A DNA stretch of 64,000 bases, taken from Marsupella aquatica (Eukaryota > Plantae > Marchantiophyta). The translations under genes and the position numbers were made by a program. This document shows, in pieces, positions 57,030-64,000 of this stretch (its first letter is position 1; each line of letters opens with the position of its first letter). The stretch is from positions 14,790,684 through 14,854,683 of the forward strand of contig OZ316896.1 of assembly GCA_973895155.1 (NCBI GenBank), given 5' to 3'. The notes under the pieces are model-generated. The model did no database searches and was not told where the DNA came from. It saw only the letters and a program-made list of their open reading frames with translations.

Positions 57030-59931
57030 TTTGGGTTCAGCTTTGAAGAGTTGTGCTTGGAGTCCGGCAGGGTTACCCTCCAATTTGGTGCTTCCCCTTG
57101 GGTTCTTATATCCAGCGGGAAGTCTTCAAGTCCTTGGCTCTCCTCTTGATACCCCTACCTTTTGCTCATCTTTTATTGTGGATGCTCTACAAGCTACTTT
57201 AGCCCCAGCTCTTTTGCTCCCTAAGTTGATATATACTCTTAGCTCAGGTAACATTTGGGATGTTGTTGAGATGCCTCCACCTTAAGGCATCTTATCTTGC
57301 TAGGACACATGCTCCTACGGAGGATCTTTGTCTAGTACACTTATATTCTTTTGATGTTTCTATTCGAGAGACTTTTGCCTCCCTATTAGGTCTTGGTCCT
57401 TTGCTCTCATCTCCGTGGCTTCACCAAAAACTCACACTTCCTAATTCTCAAGGGGGTTTTGGGCTTACTTCCATTGAAAGCATAGCGCCCTTGGCATTTT
57501 GGGTTTGTGGGCAACATCGTTCTCTTTGTTGCATTGCTTCCTAGTTGAGGATCGACTCTTCTTACTTTCATCTTTTATGGAGGTTGAGGAGGGTTCCCTC
57601 CCATTTCAGGGTCATTTGCGAGATGCCTGGTCCTCAATACCAGATCTTGTACGCGATGCATCACCTTCTTTTCAAGAGTTTTTATCTTTGGACCCTCTCC
57701 GTCTTGAGGCTGACCTTGTTGAGCATATGCACACTTTCACCATTTCTAGCATCCTCGCTGAAGTACTTGAAACGGATCAAGCTCGGATTCTTTCTTCATT
57801 AGGGAAAGGTGCTAGAAGGTGGCTTCAGGCCCCTTATATTTGGATGTCTCCAAAGGAGTTCTCCATTGCCATTTGTCTTTGTCTAGGGCTACCTCACCTC
57901 TTCTTGTTGGTCTACCCACTTCATGCACACGTGGGAAGCCTTGTGATGCAGCAGGGGTCCATCTTCTTCGATGCAGTTTGGAAGGCAAAACCATAGTTGT
58001 TCATGATACTGTGAGAGATGCTACTGCTCAGGTTCTCTCTGCAGGGTCTTTGGTACATGTGCAATGGGAGGTGATGCTCGAGCTACCTGGTCTTCCCCCA
58101 CATCGCTTGCGGGTTGATTTGACCATGGTCCGTGATGATCAACGTACTTTGGTGGATGTTGTGATAGTAAACACTTTGAGTCAAGATCTCATTGCAAATT
58201 GAAATAGCAACGACAACGGCAGGGCCAGCGGCATCCCAGGCGGCCTTGACAAAGGAGGCAAAATATGTTGCTTGAGCTTCATCGGATACTTTTCTCCCCC
58301 TTGCTAGTGAGATTTTTGGGCATCTTTATCATTAGTCTTATGGGCTTCTTCGACAGGCTGCTCATGATATTCATGGACGGATGGGTTCCTCTGGACCCCC
58401 ACTATCTATCTTGACCACACACTTTCGCTAGCGCATTTCAGTAGCCTTACAACGTGCCCAAGCTTGAGCCATTTATCGTCAATCCCTCATAGTGGGCGCC
58501 ACTGTGCCCCCACGGACTCTAGCCCCCCTAGAGGACATTCCTGTCCCACTTGCTGATTTGGTTAGGATATTGGATGTGACCCATTAGCTCATGTTATATA
58601 TTCCAATGTAGACACTATTGTCTTCCCCCGAACACAGCGCCCGGGCGTTGTGTTCGAATATGGTCAAAACAGGGACTTTAGGCAAAAAAGACGTTTTCAC
58701 TCAAACACAACGCCATATGAACACAACGCCCGGGCACTGTGTTCAGAATTGACTTTGTGTTTGAAAGTGTTTGAAAGTGACTATAGGAGGGCATTGTGTT
58801 CGAATTTGACTTTGTGTTCAAAAATGTGCAAAAGTGACTATAGGAGAACGTAGGTAACCAGGTTGCAACTACGATGCATGAAGCCCAAATGCAGACCACC
58901 AGAGAATGGAGTATGCCATCAATGCGCAAATCCTGGGAGATGGAAAAGTCTGGTGAGGAATACATGGGCACCTACGAGCATCGACTTGTTTTAGGGGAGC
59001 CCTGATAAGGAGGTGGAGAGAAACTATGAATACTTTAGAGGTACTCTGGGAGATGGTGAGTTTTGTTCTTATGCACAGGCAAGTAGGTGTTTCTTTTTAA
59101 CGAAACAGACTTAGCAAAGCAGCATACATACATATGTTACTTAAAATCGTCGCATACATCCGTTCTTTCAACTTACAAAATACATTGTCCTTTGAGAAAT
59201 GTAAGCTAATTTCAGAATCCATTATTCTCGGAGGAGTGTGCATTGTTTCCAAAATGTTAAGCAGCAATCTAGAAGTATTGATATATTGTTCTGTTGTGTG
59301 AACTTTCGATGGACTTTCACATCAATCTCTGACTGACGCCATGACATCTCGTGAAAGAAACCCATAGTACCTATGTGCATAATTAGGTCTGACGACTCAC
59401 TTCCTCTATTTCCAATTTTCCATTGCCCTACATGCATCTCACAATGCCAAAATTCAAGCACATGAATTACCTTAAATTTGAACACAACACCACATTTTAA
59501 ATTCGAACACAACGCCACATTTCGAACACACTGCCACATTTCGAACACAGTGCCACAAGTCCAAAAAATGAAAACATTGACTTCAAACTCAAACACAGCG
59601 CCCTGGGCACACTATATTTGAATAGAGCGCCCCTTGGCTCACTATTTGAATACAGCGTCCGGGCCTTGTGTTTGGGGGAAGACGGTAGTCATTGAGTTTG
59701 CACTCATGTAGTGTTTGATTCTTTTCTCTTTTTATTTTTAGGTTTAAACCTCCTTTTCTTTTTTCTGGTTAGGTGTTTGTCCTCTTTGGAACTCTTTTTA
59801 TTTCCTTTCATTGTACTTTGTTTTTCCCTGATTTATAAATTCTTATGCGCATCTTACTTGAAGGTTGCCCTGTGGTTATGAATAAAAGTTTTAGACCTTG
59901 GCCCTTCCATTAAAAAAACAAAAACAAAAAA
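57030..59931 (+). mobile_element. 5'-truncated, degenerate non-LTR retrotransposon with restriction-like endonuclease (CRE-like)
   Basis: Broken frames give LQVLGSPL, LP..QGGFGL, GARRWLQA, F..A..L.LGLP, a zinc knuckle C..G..CD..G.HLL.C, HDTVRD, RVDL..LVDV, K.AKY and FLPLA.E.FG. The 3' UTR has AATAAA at 59881 and an A-rich tail at about 59911-59931. Confidence 0.8.
58618..59685. mobile_element. Non-autonomous TIR DNA transposon (Tc1/mariner/pogo-like), TA TSD, nested in the LINE 3' UTR
   Basis: TIRs of about 43 bp: TTGTCTTCCCCCGAACACAGCGCCCGGGCGTTGTGTTCGAATA versus the right-end reverse complement CCGTCTTCCCCCAAACACAAGGCCCGGACGCTGTATTCAAATA. TA at 58616-17 and 59686-87. Many subterminal (G/A)AACACA.CGCC motifs. 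Confidence 0.85.
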
Positions 59932-60045
59932 GTATCTCCAAAAGCAAAGCCCCTTAAAATTTTGGGACATAAGATTCTTATGAAATGTGTATTTAGATGA
60001 CCCATTAGGAGTTCGGTCTTGGCCATACAACAGTTTTATGGCCTT

Positions 60046-60082
60046 ATCTAATCTAATCTAATCTAATCTAATCTAATCTAAT
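60046..60082. repeat. (ATCTA)7 microsatellite
   Basis: Read directly. Confidence 0.95.
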
Positions 60083-61334
60083 GTCACTTAAAAAGTGTTT
60101 TATGGCCTATGGTCTTCCCGTATGTCACTTATGACTCTCTTTCACAGAGATGGAGTGGTCTCCAGGAAGCAATAACCCCAGCGTCTAATCATCGCTACAT
60201 GAGCTCAGTCTACAAGAGCAAACTTTCCTGATGTGTACTGGATTCCCACAGGTAGAAAGGTACACGACTTCAAATTTTCCACTGATTTCACATTAAGACA
60301 AGAATCATCAAACTCAACTTTTCAAAACTCGCTAAAGTCTCTCAGAGCACAGACCCTGAGAGCTTGAATAACGGTTACAAAACTTCTTAAAAAACTGCCA
60401 CAGCCCCTGTTTTGGTCAATGGAAATCACACCCTGCACAACAGACATGTGACTCCTCATTACTGTAACTTAGAGCAAGAAAACGGGCGGAAGCTATGGCA
60501 AGGAGCTAAGAAGAGAGAAACCTACTAGGCTCTAAGGTCACCACAGTAGAAGTTGCTTTTGCTTGCCTGAAATCGCAATTCGAGGCGTGACAAACGACAC
60601 TACTGTTGGACATACTCACCCGGGGAAAAAAAACGAAGATAATTGGGCACAAAGGTACACCAGGTGGCAGACATCCTAGACGACTTCACCCACTGCCCAA
60701 TCCACTGCCAATAACTGCATACGTCGATCTCCTCATCAACATTACAAAAGCTAAGACAAAAAGCTCTTGGAAAAAAACAGCCTATGGTTCCAAGGGTTCA
60801 GACATTCCAACAGCAAAGGACTGTGAAGTAATGAGGACAGTGATCTCATTCACACGATGATTCAGATTCTCCAGATCAACTCTGAAGCAGTAGAATAAAA
60901 TGAATCCCTTTTGGCGAAGAATCATGGCATAATTATGACTCCAAGCGCTACTAGGAAGACGGAAAAAGCAGAGTACGTAGCATCAGGATCTGTACTCGAA
61001 GTGTCTCCGATTATAGTCTTCACACAGTATGACAGTATTGAAATCAGCTCATAATTATAAAGAATTAGGAAGCATATGCATATTTTCTCTTGCCGTCATA
61101 CGTCAATGTAATCAACATTTGAGCCGAACATTTGAGCCGAAGGATCGACGCTATTGAGATCATCTACGCCATCTCTGTTCATCTCCTCCGTAATATAAAT
61201 TTCACGTGTACTTCGATATGACAATTGGGATCGTTTTCATCAGATGCTCGGGATCCCAGAAAAACTGTTGCTCGAGGGGAGATACGAAGTTCCTGTGGAA
61301 ATCGGTAGATGGGCAAGCGAGCGTTACAAGATTG

Positions 61335-62186
61335 CTATTGACGGTGTCCTTCCGGTAAGGCCACGACGTTATGAAAGGGAACGGGCCTTCGCGGTAAGCC
61401 CTGCACTCCGTCCTCTTCGTCGCCATCAAACTCCAGTACCAAGTCGTCATCGAACTTCATCTTCTTACGTTGCGGACCAACAACACAAGCCTTGTACAGC
61501 GCAGTAGTGCCGGGGTAGACGGCCAACACATGCGAGCCCTGTGGAAAGTCCGGTGAGTAATTGACGTCTGATCGCTTTCGAAAGGGGATTATGCACGAAA
61601 TTGGAAGAGTGTAGGGTCGTCCGCCAGTCTCTCCGTCGTCGTCCGGTTCCTCGTCGAAAACTTCAAAGCTTTTCCCGTCCCTGTCCTTTCCTGTGACCTT
61701 CACGACAATCCACTCGTGATTCTCCGCGTCCTCTGGTGAAACTCTGGCAGCAACTTGGTCGCCAACAATGATCGAAGAATGGGCGGACGGAGGTGTGCGA
61801 GGCACAGCAGGCGAGGATGACATTCGTGGCGACTCATTGGTATTGGTATTGACCCGTTTGCGCTTTGGGTCGGCTGTGTTCGAGGCAGGTTTCTTTCGGT
61901 GCGGCGGGGGTGCCTGCTGCTGCTGCCTTCCCGGTGAAATAAGTGCCTCCAGCTGCAGCATGGTGCTCCCCAAAAGGCTCTCCTCCTCCTCGGCCAGATT
62001 TTTGGCCTGCCCATAGAGAGTACGGAGCCTAAACCAAAGGTCCGAAGATAACTTCTCAGCTGTTACAGGTGCCGTTGTCGAGAGTTTGGAATGGATAACA
62101 TTGATCTTGCGAAGTACACGATCTTGGTCTCGTCTGAGGCGCTCCAGTTCTCGAAACCGCTGATTTGCTCCCTCGCAAGTGGCCAT
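61335..62186 (-). CDS. SGF29: SAGA-associated factor 29 (tandem Tudor H3K4me2/3 reader), single exon
   Basis: 283-aa uninterrupted ORF: N-terminal coiled coil (ELERLRRDQDRVLRKIN.IHSKL, LR.LY.QAK.LAE.E), GDQVAARV..EWIVVKV, FEVFDEEP, IIPF, VLAVYPGTTALYKA, LEFDGDEED..LP.R.VPFH.VVALPEGHRQ. Confidence 0.93.
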   Translation of the reverse strand: MATCEGANQRFRELERLRRDQDRVLRKINVIHSKLSTTAPVTAEKLSSDLWFRLRTLYGQAKNLAEEEESLLGSTMLQLEALISPGRQQQQAPPPHRKKPASNTADPKRKRVNTNTNESPRMSSSPAVPRTPPSAHSSIIVGDQVAARVSPEDAENHEWIVVKVTGKDRDGKSFEVFDEEPDDDGETGGRPYTLPISCIIPFRKRSDVNYSPDFPQGSHVLAVYPGTTALYKACVVGPQRKKMKFDDDLVLEFDGDEEDGVQGLPRRPVPFHNVVALPEGHRQ

Positions 62187-62276
62187 ACTCCTGCACTGGT
62201 CGTCTGATTGTCAGGGCTGCTCGTCGATTCTAAGAATAAGAACAATGCAGTTTGCTACTGCAGTCTGCGGGTATGT

Positions 62277-62320
62277 GGCCCATAAGAAGTCGGGCGCGAA
62301 ACGGCCCATAGCCAAGCCCA
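62277..62320 (-). promoter_or_regulatory. Proximal promoter of SGF29: three site II (TGGGCY) motifs and an E2F-like site
   Basis: GGCCCA at 62277 and 62303, AGCCCA at 62315; TTTCGCGCCC on the minus strand at 62292-62301; about 90-135 bp upstream of the ATG. Confidence 0.55.
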
Positions 62321-63368
62321 ACTCTATCCCACAACGTCTGGTAGGAAAATAGAAAGCTTTCTACAAATTACTGTGACCCGCAGGAGTCGGGAAGAGTGGA
62401 CCGAAATGTCCACAGAGCTCAGAGTCGCATTCATTAACGAGAACCAGCACACCTCGCCTCCTGCACAAATGATCAGAAGCCGTAAACTGTTAAATTGTCG
62501 TTTCACTTGCTTCGATTGGGGTGTGGGTGATCCAATTAGTGTGCGATGCGTCAGCGCAATAGCAGCGGAATCAATGACAAAGGTGATCCCTACAGGTAAA
62601 GCTAACAAATCCCCAGTCATTCTTGTGGTAATTATCTACAAGATTCCTGAAATTGCCATACGATATGTCGAGGTTCACCGAGATGATAAACGCAAAATTT
62701 TAAATTAATTTCGAAGGAATAGATGTCCGGATTAATTGTGAAGTAAACATATCTCCACATGGCGCAAGAAATAAAATGCACAGCATGGAAGGAATCTAAA
62801 GTAAATAAGCTCTCTAGATTACATAGACTTTAGTCTATGGGCCAGCTCATGCTCTTCAGAAATAGTTCTATTGAATTGACGACTCGAGGTTTGGCCTTCA
62901 AAGACGACGAAATACTCTACAGACACTGAAAAGCTAAATGAAGGTGCTTTAGAAACATCTCTAGTTCTAGATAACCACGGAACCAATATGAAAGCGTGAC
63001 CAGACAGAGAAGTCATGTAGCAAAGATAGCATGTGCCCAGGAAGCCTACAAATAGATGCACAAGACTGAAGGGTCTGCACCTTACGCTGATTTTTATTTC
63101 AAAACCATCTCCGGATTTTTTTGAGTAGTTTTTCATGAATCCACAGAAGAAGAGTTTACACTGTTATCTGAGATGGTCACCAAATTATCATTTCCAAGTA
63201 AATAAAAGAGAACTCAGCTAATAATGATCTTCCTGCCTGATAACATGGAGAACCGAGTCAAGAAAACTTGAGAGGTTGATACGATCAGGAACTTCATAAT
63301 TTTCTGACACAACCAGGGACTGCTCCACCTTCATAGGCAGCTCACGGACAAGCTATGGCTGAAAATAC

Positions 63369-63903
63369 TCATTGCTCCTCGCCATTCATCGGGGATGAAA
63401 CCCTAAACTTTGCTCTGTTCTTCTTTACAGACTTCCAAGGTTTGATCTGATATTTTCAATTTGTTGAAAAAAAAAACACCTTTGGAGACAAAACGAAGTT
63501 TCAAACTTGGATAAGCTGCAAACAAAATATGAAGCAAAATACTAGTATGTCCAAAAAATAAAACATAAACTGTTCAACCATAAATGGCAGAGGTGACCAA
63601 CCTTGGTCTGGCCCTTCGTTGGAATTATATTGACCTCGTGAACCTTCACAGATCCAAAGAGTAGCCCCAGACCACCACTGCACAGGAACGTGATTTGAGA
63701 ATAGGACCACAGAGTTGCGCCCGAACCTTCAAAAATGGCACAATGAGCCAATGATAACAGCTTGCCATACAAAGGCGGAACGCAGGAATGCTTTGACAAA
63801 CATAAATTGGCGAAAGCAAAGATAGACGTCATTCACAAGAATCGCAACTTCCAGCCTTGCAATATACTAGGTAATAAAGTAACCGGCCAATTTTGCAGGA
63901 ATC
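63369..63903 (-). CDS. Last three exons of an unidentified gene continuing beyond the window (63837-63903, 63644-63677, 63369-63446)
   Basis: Three GT-AG bounded segments join in frame: GFLQNWPVTLLPSILQGWKLRFFGGLGLLFGSVKIKPWKSVKKNRAKFRVSSPMNGEEQ*. Confidence 0.65.
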
Positions 63904-64000
63904 CTGAGATAGGCGACGAGTAGGGTGGCTCGGAAAAAGTTGGAATGCATTCGAGTTCCTAATTGAGTCCTCGTAACAATTCATACGAAAGCAACATCAA

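Noticed and set aside
60046-60082. (ATCTA)n as the target site of the CRE-like element
   Set aside because: It is about 115 bp beyond the A-tail and absent at the 5' junction.

Overview
Eukaryotic, intron-containing land-plant nuclear DNA (TTTAGGG-type telo motifs, plant tRNA sequences, plant gene families; a bryophyte or liverwort origin is plausible but not provable from this window). Left end (1-6.6 kb): decayed Ty3/gypsy pol (RT, RNase H, integrase) ending in an intact PHD finger, split by a 1445-bp TG...CA insertion with a 4-bp target duplication and followed by an unclassified dispersed repeat. Host genes: At3g27390-like membrane protein (+), DUF599 (-), divergent importin-13/transportin-3-like (+), DDB1 (-, about 19 exons, intron 1 has U12-type signals), an intronless SGF29 (-), and the last three exons of an unidentified gene at the right edge (-). 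The 15-31 kb region holds three tRNA genes (Lys-UUU, Thr-AGU, Gly-GCC), an ELP2 pseudogene fragment, a decayed RNI-like LRR gene, a long hairpin and many short local tandem duplications. The 53-60 kb region is a TE stack: a second, inverted copy of the dispersed repeat, a chromodomain-bearing LTR-retrotransposon remnant, a 5'-truncated RLE-type (CRE-like) non-LTR element, and a TA-flanked TIR element nested in its 3' UTR. All calls come from manual reading and translation; no searches were run and exon boundaries are hand-derived.
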